Shown: positions 32,159-42,335, counted from the stretch's first letter. The stretch is DNA of 64,000 bases from Planctomycetota bacterium (GCA_044225365.1 JBGAIQ010000002.1:64001-128000); one strand, 5' to 3'. A program made the numbers and translations. The notes: generated from the sequence alone by a model not told the origin.

Positions 32159-34996
32159 TCAGAAGCCCGTGTTCGAGAGGTCGCGCACCGGACGGCATCC
32201 CACTTCGTCGCTGCGATACGTGGGATCGTCGCGCCGGCGATCCGAAGCGCGGACGCCCGCGGCGGGATCGGCGTAGCTTCCACCGCGGCGGATTCGGGAG
32301 TGCGATTCCGCAGGGGCGCGCAATCCGTCGCCTTCCTGCGCTCGGACCGAGTACTCGCAGAACGCGTCGGCGCACCATTCGGACACGTTGCCATGAGTGT
32401 CGTAGAGGCCGAACGCATTCGGGGAATAGCGACCGACGCGGCACGGGATCGCCTCGCCGTCGCTCCACGATTCGCAGCCGCCGAGCTGGACGTTGGCGAA
32501 GGACTCGGCGAACGTTCGCTCGCGCACGTTGGCGTGGGTCGAGAGGTCCGCAGGGTTCGCGCCGAAGGAGAAGGCGGTCGCCGTTCCCGCGCGACAGGCG
32601 TATTCCCACTGCGCCTCGCTCGGCAACGAGTAGCCGAAGCGTGAGAGCAGCGCGGTGCATTCGACCCACGAGACGTTCTCGATCGGACGATCGAGTCGAT
32701 TCGATTCGGGGTACTCCGCCATCCATGCGGACGGATTCGATCCCAGAAGGCGCGCCCACTGGCCCTGCGTCATCTCGTATCGCGAGACGAGGAACGGCCG
32801 CAGGGGGACTTCGACGGTCGAGCCGCCGTTCGATTCGAGATCGACGGCGCAAGGATCGAAGTTCGCCGCGCGAGGATCGGAGTTCTGAGCTCCCTGAGCG
32901 AGGACTCCGCCCGGGACGAGGACGAACACGAGCCCGGAATGCTCGCCGATCTCCAGCGATCCATCCGGTCGATGCGACGGGATCGGTAGGTCCGCGGGAT
33001 CCTCGTTCGCTCCGAGATCGCAGGCCGAGCGCAGGTCGTAGAACTCCCACAGTTTCGTCGCCGGGTTCATCCCGATCGGAACGAGTCCGACGAGCGGAGA
33101 AAGGTCGATGGGGCCGCCGAGCGAGGTGGCGTACCGCTTCGACGCGACGACGTCGTCGGCGGCGACGATCGCGGCACGGGCCGCTTCCCACGAGACTCGA
33201 GCGTTCGGGTGGTGGAGCGAGAGAGCAGAGATTCGCTTCGCCCAGGCGAGACGCTTCTCGACGTCGGGCCGAACGATCTTCTCGAGTCGAGAGACGTCGG
33301 ACGTGAGTCCGACGAGCGTGTCGTGAAGGAAGAGTTCCGCGGGATCCGTGAATTCGAGCTCCGGCTTCGCCTCGCTGCCACCGTGCGTAGCGTGCGACTC
33401 CAATGTGGAAACGGTGGTTGTGAGCGCCGGCCGCAGATCGCACAGTTCCTTGGCGTCGTCTTCGAGCCAGTGCTTCATCGCTGCGATCTGACTCGGCCAC
33501 GGTGGATAGAGCGCCTCTTCGAGGTGGAGGGCCCGTTCGAGCTTGACGACGGCGGCCAGTTGGTCGAATTGCGCACGACGCCGCGCGAGTTCGGAGTCGT
33601 GCTGCTCGAGTTGCCGGTCCTTCGCGGTGATCGTCCGATTCGCGAGTTCGAGATCGCGATTGGTCGCCGCGATCTCCTGGTTCTTCTTGGCGAAGAGCAG
33701 GGTGCACCCGGCGAGGGCGAGGCCGAAGAGGAAGAAGAGGGTCGCGAATGCCGGATTGCGCTCTACCCATTTGCGCAGCTCGGCGAGCGACCCCGTGGCG
33801 TGCGCCGACACGACGCGGCATTCGAGGTAGGCCCGCAGGTCGTTCGCGAGATCGGTCATCGTCGCGTAGCGCTTCTCGATCTCGCGAGCCATCGCCTTGT
33901 CGACGATGGCGATGAGTTCGCTGGGAACGTTGCGCTTGCGCGCGTCGATCGGCTTCGGCGGCCCCATGACCACGCGCTCGACGACGTCGCACGCCGACGG
34001 TTGTTCGCCCGGTTCGATGTACGGAGGCCCGCCGTAGAGGAGGTGGTAGAGGACGGCGCCGATCGCGTACACGTCGCTGTGCGGACCGATGTGTTCGAGA
34101 TCGCCGATCGCCTGCTCGGGCGGCATGTAGCACGGCGTGCCGATCACGTCGCCGTCCATCGTCATCGCCGCTGCGTCCGGGTCGGATGCTGGATTCGTTC
34201 TCTCGGACTCGAGGCGCTTGGCCTTGTCCTGTCGCACGGACCGCACGAGATCCGGGCGGATATCGCAGCGGACTCGGATGTCCTTGGTGTCGGGCTTCCC
34301 GACGACTCGCGCGAGGCCGAAGTCCATGACGTACACTTCGCCGAAATCGCCGACCATGATGTTCGCGGGCTTGAGATCGCGGTGGATCACGCCCTTCATG
34401 TGCGAGAACGCCATCGCCTCGCACACCCGTTGCAGCAGGCCGAGGACTCGCGTCGTGTTCCATTCGGAGTTGCCGGCCGCGATCTTGTCGAAGACGTTCT
34501 TCAACGTCTGACCCTTGACGAGCTGCATCGAGAAGAAGACGCGCCCGTTGCGATCGACGCCGAGTTCGTGGATGGGAACGATGCCGGGATGATCGAGCTG
34601 ACCCGTGACCTGCGCCTCTTCGACGAAGCGTTCGAGATTGCGGGCGTCGTCCCCCGTGAGGACCTTGATCGCAAGCGTGCGCCGCAGGTTCTTGTCGTAG
34701 ACCTCGAAGACCTTCCCCATCCCGCCCTTTCCGACCTCGCCCTTCAGCGAGTAGCGGTGCGAAGTCGGGCCTTGGGACTTCAGCTCTCGAACGATGCCGA
34801 CGCCGTCGGCGTTGCTCTCGGGTTCGTCGTCACCGAACGCGACCTCGCAGACGGGAGTCCGCGCGAGTTGATCGAGCGCATCCGAAACGACCCGCGACGA
34901 GAACCCGCGAGCCTCCGCGTTCTTGCGGACGCAATCCTCTCGCTCCGCGGCGGGCAGCGGCTTGGCAAGGTCGACGAGAATGCGAAGCGGATCCAT
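32159..34996 (-). CDS. Hanks-type Ser/Thr kinase fused to FGE-sulfatase (SUMF1-like) domain
   Basis: GKGGMG, HRDLKPAN, DFG, GTPCYMPPEQ; TM; LPSEAQWEYACRAG, NAFGLYDTHGNVSEWC. Confidence 0.92.
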   Translation of the reverse strand: MDPLRILVDLAKPLPAAEREDCVRKNAEARGFSSRVVSDALDQLARTPVCEVAFGDDEPESNADGVGIVRELKSQGPTSHRYSLKGEVGKGGMGKVFEVYDKNLRRTLAIKVLTGDDARNLERFVEEAQVTGQLDHPGIVPIHELGVDRNGRVFFSMQLVKGQTLKNVFDKIAAGNSEWNTTRVLGLLQRVCEAMAFSHMKGVIHRDLKPANIMVGDFGEVYVMDFGLARVVGKPDTKDIRVRCDIRPDLVRSVRQDKAKRLESERTNPASDPDAAAMTMDGDVIGTPCYMPPEQAIGDLEHIGPHSDVYAIGAVLYHLLYGGPPYIEPGEQPSACDVVERVVMGPPKPIDARKRNVPSELIAIVDKAMAREIEKRYATMTDLANDLRAYLECRVVSAHATGSLAELRKWVERNPAFATLFFLFGLALAGCTLLFAKKNQEIAATNRDLELANRTITAKDRQLEQHDSELARRRAQFDQLAAVVKLERALHLEEALYPPWPSQIAAMKHWLEDDAKELCDLRPALTTTVSTLESHATHGGSEAKPELEFTDPAELFLHDTLVGLTSDVSRLEKIVRPDVEKRLAWAKRISALSLHHPNARVSWEAARAAIVAADDVVASKRYATSLGGPIDLSPLVGLVPIGMNPATKLWEFYDLRSACDLGANEDPADLPIPSHRPDGSLEIGEHSGLVFVLVPGGVLAQGAQNSDPRAANFDPCAVDLESNGGSTVEVPLRPFLVSRYEMTQGQWARLLGSNPSAWMAEYPESNRLDRPIENVSWVECTALLSRFGYSLPSEAQWEYACRAGTATAFSFGANPADLSTHANVRERTFAESFANVQLGGCESWSDGEAIPCRVGRYSPNAFGLYDTHGNVSEWCADAFCEYSVRAQEGDGLRAPAESHSRIRRGGSYADPAAGVRASDRRRDDPTYRSDEVGCRPVRDLSNTGF

Positions 34997-35086
34997 GGCG
35001 TTTCGGATCCGTACATCGGCATTCGAGGGCGAAAAGGCTGTGCGAAAAGAGGCCCTGATGGAATCCGAAGAGCGCGAGCGCGCGCT

Positions 35087-38000
35087 TCACTTCGGCTTCG
35101 GCAGAGCTTTGTTCACCTTGTCGGCATCGTCGGTCTTGCCCGCTGCGATCAGAGCCTCGCGCAAGTCTTCGCCGATGTCCTGCATCGCGTCCTTGTTGTC
35201 GACCTCCGTGACGATGCGGAGGGCTTCGTTCAGCGTTTCCAGGGCTTTCGCGACATCGCGTTGGGACTTGCCGTTCTGCAGGCCCCAGCCCAGTTGGCGC
35301 AATGTGTACGCGAGCTTCGTCTTGTAGATCTTCGCGTCCGCGGAATCCTTGGGCGCGAGTCCGATCTGCGTCTCGTAGTCTGCGAGGACCTGCTGCAGGA
35401 GTTGGAAGCCCTCGGATTCCTGATTCTCGAGGCGCAGCTTGGTCTTGCCGAGCTGGAACTTCATCTGCGGAACCCAGCCGCCCCAGGTGGCCGGATCGTT
35501 CTGGGCGAGGCTCGTCGCGCTCTCGAGGCCGCGCTTCAGGACGGCGACAGCCTCGTCGAAGCGCTTCAGCTCGAACAGCGCGGCGCCTTCCTGTTCGAGG
35601 AGATCGGGGTTGCTCAGCTTGTAGGTCTTCTCCGCGTCGCGCATGCGCAGCGCGCATTCGTCGTAGCGGCCGAGTCGCGACAGGAGCGAGCCGAGTTTCG
35701 CGAACGGCTTCGAACCATTCAGCCCGAGCCGGATCGCATTGTCGATTCGCGAGATCGCTTCTTCGAGCTTGCCGAGACCTTCGTACAGGAGGCCGAATCC
35801 GTACTGGAACTCAGCATTGTCGCGATAGGTGGTCGGCTGGTCCTTCTCGAGCGATTCGAAGAACTTCAGCGTCGTGTCATTGAATTGTGCGAGCGCCACC
35901 GCGACGCGGGCGAGCTCCTCGAACGCCGGCTGGAAACTGGGCTCGTGACGCAGCGATTCCTGGAGATCCTTCTCCGCATCCTCGAGCCGTCCGCGTCGTT
36001 CGCGGATCAAGGCCCGATGGTAGTAGCCGACGCCTCGCGTACCACCATTCGCGATGTACTCGTCGAGCAGCTTCTCGGCCTGCGTCAGGAGATCCTCGTA
36101 GCGCTCCTTCTCATTGGCCTGGAGCGCCGCCATCGCACCCGTGAAGAGGTCGATCGCGTGATAGAGCTTCGCGTTGTTGCGAACTTCGGGGTCGGTCGCC
36201 TTTTCGAGCTGGACGATCTTCGCCATCGCCTCGGCGGACTGCTCCTTCGAGGTCGACACGCTGAGGAGGTGGCTCGCGAGCAAGAGCGCGAGCGGCTCGT
36301 TGTCCGGTTTGGCGAGAAGCGCGGCCCGCACGAGTCGCTCGGCGACGTCGCTCTGCCCCTGCCCCTTGTAGATCAGGAAGAGCTGCGAGATCGTCGGAAC
36401 GTCGTCGGGGTGATCCTTCAAGTACGCTTCGAGATCCTCCTGGAGCTGCTTCAACATCGCCGCGGCGGCGGCAGGATCGCCGCTCTTGCCGATGAGGCCC
36501 TGGATCTCCAGGGTCGTCTGCTCGATCTGCTTGCGCAGCGGATCCGCCGCCGGGTTGTTCGGCGGCAGCATGTCGTGAGTCTGGCGCAGGAGCAGCAGCG
36601 CGTTCTGGATCTCGCCTTGCGCCGCGAGTGCCTTCGCGAGGGTGATGCGCGCCGGATAGAACTCGGTCCAGATGTCGATCGCGCGCTTGTAGTCGGCGAT
36701 CGCGCGGGCGATGTCGCCCGCCTTCTCCTCGACCTTCTTGCGGCGTTCGTTCTCGCCGCGGAGGTACCACGCTCGGGCCGAGCCGGGCGCAGTCTTCACC
36801 ATGTCCTCGTAGATCGACGTGTTCGTCGCGTACGCGCGATTGCGTATCGCGCAGAGCACGCAGAACAGCACCAGGAGTGCGGTCAGGGTCGCCCGCGTTG
36901 CACGCGCGAGGCCGTCGCTCTTCTTCTCTAGCGCCGAGAGCATTCCGACGAGGATCGCGCCCGTCGCGAGGCAGAGGCCGACCGTCGGGAAGTAGGTGAG
37001 GCGCTCGCCGAAGATCGTTCCGTGCTGGATGAAGATGTTCGAGACCGGCCCGAACGCGAAGAGGAAGAAGAGGAGCCCAAAGCCGATCGCTGGCACCTTG
37101 CGCAGCAACATCAAACCGCCGAGCGTCATCGCGGCGAGCACGGCGAACGCCGACATCGCAGCCGGCTCGCCGAGCGACTTCGCGATCGGCAGCTCGTTGA
37201 ACGAGTAGTCCGCGGACTGGCCCCACGGCACGACGAAGAGATGGAGGACGCGTGTGAAGAGCGTGCAGCCCGTCGCGAGGCAGACCATGAACGGCTGGCG
37301 GATCAGCGGGTTGTCGAGTTGGCTGATCACGCTCGGGTCGGGCTTGAGTGTTCCGAGCACGTTGTAGCGCACGATCACGTTGAACCCGACCACGACGGCG
37401 AACCCGAGATACGCGAACAGCCGCGGCTTCAGCGCCGGCGCTTCACCGCGCCGCGCGAGATCGAAGAGCGGCAGGAGCACGAGCAGGATCGCGGCGTTCT
37501 CTTTCGTGAAGATCGCGATCGTGAACGCGACGAGGCAAAGCGCGTAGCGCGGGAGCTTGAACGAGCCCGCCTTCACGGCGTTGCCATACAGCAGGAGCGC
37601 GAGCAGCGAGAACATCGTCGCCTGCGTCTCGCCGAGTCCGACGACGTATGCGACGGCTTCGGAATGGAGCGGGTGTGCAGCGAAGAGCAGGCCCGCGATC
37701 GCGGCGACGCGGCGATCCATCGCGAGGCGATACGCGAGGCGCGTGACGAGCAGCGACGCCAGCACGTGGTAGATCAGGTTGAGGACGAGCAGCGGCTGCG
37801 CGCTCGCGCCCTTCCACAAGTACGACGCGCCGAGCACCACCATCATCAGCGGCCGGTACAACGCCTGCCCCGCGATCCGCCGCGAGGGGTCGAGCGCGCG
37901 ATTGACGCCGTCCCAGAACCCTTCGTGGAAGAGCCGGCCGAGGCCCATGAGCTTGTGGAAGAAACCGTCCTGCTGCGCGATCTCGCGGAACGTGACGTTC

Positions 38001-38125
38001 GACTCCATCATGAAGCTCGAGTCGTAGACGAGGCCGTTCTTCAGCGCGTTGGCGAAAACGATGACGGCGACGAAGGCGACGAGCCAGTAGATGCGACCGG
38101 GCTTCGCGGAGTGCGTTTCGAACAT
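35087..38125 (-). CDS. TMTC-like GT-C membrane glycosyltransferase with long TPR tail
   Basis: YRPL, HPLHSEAV, KE, SADYS, ERLTYFP motifs in a multi-TM N-half; ~550 aa of TPR helices. Confidence 0.8.
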   Translation of the reverse strand: MFETHSAKPGRIYWLVAFVAVIVFANALKNGLVYDSSFMMESNVTFREIAQQDGFFHKLMGLGRLFHEGFWDGVNRALDPSRRIAGQALYRPLMMVVLGASYLWKGASAQPLLVLNLIYHVLASLLVTRLAYRLAMDRRVAAIAGLLFAAHPLHSEAVAYVVGLGETQATMFSLLALLLYGNAVKAGSFKLPRYALCLVAFTIAIFTKENAAILLVLLPLFDLARRGEAPALKPRLFAYLGFAVVVGFNVIVRYNVLGTLKPDPSVISQLDNPLIRQPFMVCLATGCTLFTRVLHLFVVPWGQSADYSFNELPIAKSLGEPAAMSAFAVLAAMTLGGLMLLRKVPAIGFGLLFFLFAFGPVSNIFIQHGTIFGERLTYFPTVGLCLATGAILVGMLSALEKKSDGLARATRATLTALLVLFCVLCAIRNRAYATNTSIYEDMVKTAPGSARAWYLRGENERRKKVEEKAGDIARAIADYKRAIDIWTEFYPARITLAKALAAQGEIQNALLLLRQTHDMLPPNNPAADPLRKQIEQTTLEIQGLIGKSGDPAAAAAMLKQLQEDLEAYLKDHPDDVPTISQLFLIYKGQGQSDVAERLVRAALLAKPDNEPLALLLASHLLSVSTSKEQSAEAMAKIVQLEKATDPEVRNNAKLYHAIDLFTGAMAALQANEKERYEDLLTQAEKLLDEYIANGGTRGVGYYHRALIRERRGRLEDAEKDLQESLRHEPSFQPAFEELARVAVALAQFNDTTLKFFESLEKDQPTTYRDNAEFQYGFGLLYEGLGKLEEAISRIDNAIRLGLNGSKPFAKLGSLLSRLGRYDECALRMRDAEKTYKLSNPDLLEQEGAALFELKRFDEAVAVLKRGLESATSLAQNDPATWGGWVPQMKFQLGKTKLRLENQESEGFQLLQQVLADYETQIGLAPKDSADAKIYKTKLAYTLRQLGWGLQNGKSQRDVAKALETLNEALRIVTEVDNKDAMQDIGEDLREALIAAGKTDDADKVNKALPKPK

Positions 38126-38240
38126 TCGAGGATCTCCTCGCACGGGCGGCCTCGTTCGGAGTGCGCGAGGGGGGTGCCGTGCGAGCGGGACGCGGATCTT
38201 AGCTATTTCGGGACTTGATCTTTCGGCACTTGATTCGGGT

Positions 38241-38957
38241 TCAGAAATCGACGCCGAGCGCATTGCGGAAAGTGGCTCGCGCACACTCGCCGCAGTCGGG
38301 AGCGACGGCATCCGCGAGATCGATCATCGACCGCGCGTCGTCGTGCGACGCGCCGAGGGCGACCGCACCACGAAGGTGGGAGAATAACTGACGATCGAGC
38401 CGAAGTGCGGACAGAGCGCAGATTGCCATCAATTCTCGCGTCTTCGCGTCCAGCGTGGAACGCGCCAGGATCCGCCCGTAGGCATCGTGGAGAACGGCTT
38501 CTTCGAAATCGGGACCATAGCGGCGCAACTGGGACCGGACCGCCGAGGACGAGCGGCCGTAGATCCGGTCGAAGAGTCGAGCCCCTTCGGCTGCCCGGGT
38601 GGAGGCGTCGCGAACGTCCTTCTCGAGGCCCTCGGCCGTGAGGCCGCCCGCCTTGTCCAACGCGAAGAACGACTCAATCGCCCGCGGGAAACCGCCGAAA
38701 AGGTGGGTCGCAAGCGCGCCTTCGGTCAGAGCTTGCGGTGGGACGCCATGGGCGAGCGCAAGGCGATACAGCCGTTGCAACTCGTCGAATCGAGAGTCCG
38801 CCGCGAGCGCGAGAGCGAGCGCGAGTGCGCGCGTCACGAGGTTCGCACCGCGCGGTTCCTCGGTGAGGAGGCGCTCGATCTCGAACTCCGAGAGTTCACG
38901 CGGTGGACCCCGGCGCGGGGTCGACTCGCCACGTTCATCGTTCCTGGCGTTCGTCAT
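38241..38957 (-). CDS. Carboxymuconolactone decarboxylase (AhpD/CMD) family protein
   Basis: AYGRILARSTLDAKTRELMAICAL..QLFSHLRGAVALGA; start 38957 or 38996. Confidence 0.75.
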   Translation of the reverse strand: MTNARNDERGESTPRRGPPRELSEFEIERLLTEEPRGANLVTRALALALALAADSRFDELQRLYRLALAHGVPPQALTEGALATHLFGGFPRAIESFFALDKAGGLTAEGLEKDVRDASTRAAEGARLFDRIYGRSSSAVRSQLRRYGPDFEEAVLHDAYGRILARSTLDAKTRELMAICALSALRLDRQLFSHLRGAVALGASHDDARSMIDLADAVAPDCGECARATFRNALGVDF

Positions 38958-39153
38958 CGAGGGCTCCGAGACTCCGCACGAACCGGGTGTTTCCAAGCTG
39001 TTTCTCTCTCAACGCTAGGTGCGCGAGAAGCGTACGAACCTAGCAACTCGCGTGAGAACGCGACGGGCATTCGCGCGCTTCCCGTACGAGCGCCCTTGAC
39101 GGCTCGAGTCGTCATCCGATTGAATCCCTGCTTCGGTCCTTATCGAGGAAATC

Positions 39154-40962
39154 ATGATCTCATCGCTCCTCTCGTTCGCTCTCGCCGTGCCGGGGCTCGT
39201 CTTCGCCCAAGATTCGAAAGATGCGAAGCCGGCCGCGCCCCAGCAGCAACCCGCGGGCAAGCCCGCGACTCCGGCGCCGGCTCAAGGTCAGCCGGCCAAG
39301 GGTGGCGAGCAGCCGGCCCCGGCTCAGCAGCAGCCGCCGCTCGTCCAGCAGCCGCCGCAGCCTCCCGACCAGCCGCTCGGCAAGATCACGGACTATCGCG
39401 GTGGCGGTAACGGCGTCCCGTACATCCGACGGCTCGAGGACGTGCGCGATTTCGACTTCACGAACGTCGACTTCGACGCGCCCGTCATCGCGACGGTCGA
39501 CGGCACCTCGGTCACGAAGGAGGAGTACCAGCTCTGGCTCGCGTTCAGCTCGGGTCAGCAGGGCGTGCGCGCCGCGCAGCTCCAGCGCCTCACCGAACAG
39601 GCCGTGAAGAAGATCGCCGCTGAAGGCGGCGACGTGAAGCGGTACGAGGTGACGGAAGCCGATGTCGACGCCAAGTTGAAGGGCGAAGAAGAGCAGGCTC
39701 GGGCGCAAGGCGAGCAGGCGCTTGCCGACTACAAGAAGCTCGTCGAAGAAACGCTCGGCGGAGAGCGTTATCGCCGGCTGATCCGCGCGAACCTCATGAG
39801 CGAGAAGCTGCTCCTGCCGCCGATCGAGAAGGTCGAGGGCAAGCCGCCCGAGGGTCTGCCGCTCGAATCCGCACAGCTCCTCGAGGATCGCACCGACCTC
39901 CGCGACTACCTCAACAACGCCTACATGAGCGGCGCGGACTTCCCCGCGATGTTCCGCAATCAGTTCCTGATCATGTTGCAAGAAGCGCAGGTCAGCAAGG
40001 CGAAGATCGACTACGCGATCGAGTCGAAGGCACTCCCCGCGGGCGTTTACATGACGATCGGCGGCGAGCCCGTGACCACCGCCGAGATCCTCGACTTCGT
40101 GCCGAATACGCCGGACACGCGCGATCTCGCGATGCGTCTGCTCCTCGTCTATCGCGCCATCGACCGCGAACTCGAGAAGAACAACGCGAAGCTCACGAAC
40201 GAGCAGTTCCAGTTGATGTTCGAAGCGCACGAAGCGGAATACAAGAACACGCTCTTCCCGCTGCAGAACCTCATCCGCCTGCGTGGTTTCATGACGATGC
40301 CCGAGTACCGCGAGTACTACCGACGTCGCGCCGCGTACCAACAGTGGAAGGCGGCCCAGCCCGAGATGAAGACGGACGACGCGCTGCGAGCGCACCACGA
40401 GAAGTACGGCCTCCTGTTCTACGAGAACGGCAAGGTCACGCTCGACGTCCTCTGGGCGGGTCTCACCGAAGCCGAAGCCAAGACCAAGGGCGATCTCAAC
40501 GCCGCGTGGAAGACTGCCTACGATCACGCGATCTCGATGCTCGGCGAGCTCAAGGGCGGCAAGCCGATCGACCAGGTTCGCACGGCGCAGGGCGACACCT
40601 TCCCGGTCGATCCCACGGGCAAGCTCCTCGCCAAGACCCGCAACGAACTGCGCAACTTCCTCGGCGAGACCGAATACACGATCTTCGTCAACGGCTACTC
40701 GCTCGCCGACGACATCTTCTACAACCGAGTCGAAGGCGAGATGGTCGGGCCGATGAAGGCGAACCGCACGCTGCTTCCCGGCATGAAGAGCCGCATGGGT
40801 TACATCGTCGCCCAGGTGGTCGACTTCAAGAAGAACTCGGTGAAGAAGCAGTTCGACCAGCAGCGACAGATGGTCGAACAGGACTTCTACGACCTGAACT
40901 TCACGTACTTCGCGCACCAGGCGCTGAAGGACTCGAAGATCGAACTCACGATGAAGAAGTGA
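39154..40962 (+). CDS. Secreted SurA/PrsA-like chaperone (two SurA_N-like units plus degenerate parvulin-like end)
   Basis: Signal peptide, Q/P linker, VIATVDGTSVT and MTIGGEPVT motifs, GEMVGP..GYIVAQV. Confidence 0.55.
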   Translation: MISSLLSFALAVPGLVFAQDSKDAKPAAPQQQPAGKPATPAPAQGQPAKGGEQPAPAQQQPPLVQQPPQPPDQPLGKITDYRGGGNGVPYIRRLEDVRDFDFTNVDFDAPVIATVDGTSVTKEEYQLWLAFSSGQQGVRAAQLQRLTEQAVKKIAAEGGDVKRYEVTEADVDAKLKGEEEQARAQGEQALADYKKLVEETLGGERYRRLIRANLMSEKLLLPPIEKVEGKPPEGLPLESAQLLEDRTDLRDYLNNAYMSGADFPAMFRNQFLIMLQEAQVSKAKIDYAIESKALPAGVYMTIGGEPVTTAEILDFVPNTPDTRDLAMRLLLVYRAIDRELEKNNAKLTNEQFQLMFEAHEAEYKNTLFPLQNLIRLRGFMTMPEYREYYRRRAAYQQWKAAQPEMKTDDALRAHHEKYGLLFYENGKVTLDVLWAGLTEAEAKTKGDLNAAWKTAYDHAISMLGELKGGKPIDQVRTAQGDTFPVDPTGKLLAKTRNELRNFLGETEYTIFVNGYSLADDIFYNRVEGEMVGPMKANRTLLPGMKSRMGYIVAQVVDFKKNSVKKQFDQQRQMVEQDFYDLNFTYFAHQALKDSKIELTMKK

Positions 40963-40980
40963 GCGAAGGGCAGAGCCACG

Positions 40981-41024
40981 ACGGCGGACGGTCCCCCGCG
41001 AGGGAGGGCGTCCGCCGTTTTCTT
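40981..41024 (+). terminator. Rho-independent terminator
   Basis: ACGGCGGACG...CGTCCGCCGT stem followed by TTTCTT. Confidence 0.8.
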
Positions 41025-41059
41025 GATTCGGGGAGGGACGTGGAGGGCGGGGAGGAAGA

Positions 41060-41187
41060 TCGTACGTCGGTCTCGTACGTCGTACGTCGACTCGGAGGTC
41101 GCGTCGCGGTCGTTGGGCGGAGGGAGAACATCGTGAAACGCCAAACGCCAAACGCCAATCGCTCGTTCCCAATCTCCCGTTGCCGCG
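41060..41187. repeat. Degenerate heptamer repeats (TCGTACG x3; AACGCCA x3)
   Basis: tcgtacg copies at 41060-41088; aacgcca aacgcca aacgcca at 41137-41157. Confidence 0.7.
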
Positions 41188-41199
41188 TACGATTCTGCG

Positions 41200-41937
41200 A
41201 TGGACGCGCGGCTCCTCACGACTCCTTCGCTCCACCCGCAGCTCAACATGGCGCTCGATGAGGCCGTGAGCGCCGAGGGTGTCACGGTGCGGTTGTACGG
41301 GTTCGAGCCGGGCGCGATCTCGCTCGGATACTTCCAGAGCGCGAGCGAGTTTCCGCAGGAGTGGCTGGAGGAGCGGGGGCTCGTTCTCGTGCGGCGGGTC
41401 ACGGGCGGGGCCGCGATCTGCCACGTCGGCGACATCACGTTCTCGATCGTCGCGCGGCCCGAACATCCGATCCTCGCCGGGGACGTGGAGGCTTCGTACC
41501 ATCGCATCCACGAAGCCGTCGCCGCGGGACTCGCGATCCTCGGAGTCGACTCCGCACGGCGTGGGGATCGCGGAGTCCAATCGGATTCCACGCGCGCTGC
41601 GGAAGCGATCTGCTTCTACAAGGCCACCCGGTTCGACCTCGTCGCCGCCGGCCGCAAGCTCGTGGGCTCGGCGCAGCGCCGCACGCCGCACCGCGTGCTG
41701 CACCACGGTTCGATCCCGCTCACGAAGAACCTGCTCGCGCCGAATGCCGCGTGCGTCCGCGACCTCGTCGGCCGCGACGTCGGATTCGGCGAAGCGGCGG
41801 CCGCTCTCACACAGGCCTTTCGAAGCGAACTTCGCCTCGATCTCGTGCCGGCTGCAATCGAAAGCGACGAGCGACTCCGCGCGGAGCAACTCGTCGCCTC
41901 ACGGTTCGCCACCGACGAATGGAATCGCCGGCGCTGA
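41200..41937 (+). CDS. Lipoate-protein ligase family protein (LplA/LipM-like)
   Basis: NMALDE, ISLGYFQ, VRRVTGGAAICH, KLVGSAQRR..LHHGSI; next to gcvH. Confidence 0.9.
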   Translation: MDARLLTTPSLHPQLNMALDEAVSAEGVTVRLYGFEPGAISLGYFQSASEFPQEWLEERGLVLVRRVTGGAAICHVGDITFSIVARPEHPILAGDVEASYHRIHEAVAAGLAILGVDSARRGDRGVQSDSTRAAEAICFYKATRFDLVAAGRKLVGSAQRRTPHRVLHHGSIPLTKNLLAPNAACVRDLVGRDVGFGEAAAALTQAFRSELRLDLVPAAIESDERLRAEQLVASRFATDEWNRRR

Positions 41938-41951
41938 ACGATCGCCGGAAT

Positions 41952-42335
41952 TCAGCTCTCGGCCAGCGTCACCTTCTCGTACGCCGCGGCGTCGAGGAGA
42001 CCATCGAGCGCGTTCGCGCTGCTCGGACGCACCTTGACCATCCAGCCCTCGCCGAACGGATCCGACGCGATGCGGTCGAGGTTGTCCGCGAGGTCGGAGT
42101 TGACCTCGACGATGTCGCCGCTGATCGGTGAGTTGAGATCGGAAACCGCCTTCACGGATTCGATCTCCCCGAAGCGCTCGCCCTTCGTCATCTTCTCACC
42201 CACTTCGGGGAGGTCGATGAACACGAGGTCGGTCAGGTGCTTCACCGCGAAATCGGTGATGCCGATCACGACCAGGTCTCCGTCCTTGCGGGCCCATTCG
42301 TGCGACTCGAGATAGCGACAGTTGGTCGGGGCCAC
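41952..42335 (-). CDS. gcvH: Glycine cleavage system H protein
   Basis: SHEW, GITDFA, EIESVKAVSD lipoyl-Lys, DPFGEGW. Confidence 0.96.
   Translation of the reverse strand: MAPTNCRYLESHEWARKDGDLVVIGITDFAVKHLTDLVFIDLPEVGEKMTKGERFGEIESVKAVSDLNSPISGDIVEVNSDLADNLDRIASDPFGEGWMVKVRPSSANALDGLLDAAAYEKVTLAES

Noticed and set aside
35013-35041. GCCGATGT upstream of the kinase as a third sigma-28 promoter
   Set aside because: No -35 element at the 15-nt spacing
33209-36931. 1240-aa plus-strand ORF and other long antisense ORFs (2246-4462, 29750-32101, 39160-41889)
   Set aside because: They shadow well-supported genes on the opposite strand and have Arg-rich, motif-less translations typical of high-GC DNA
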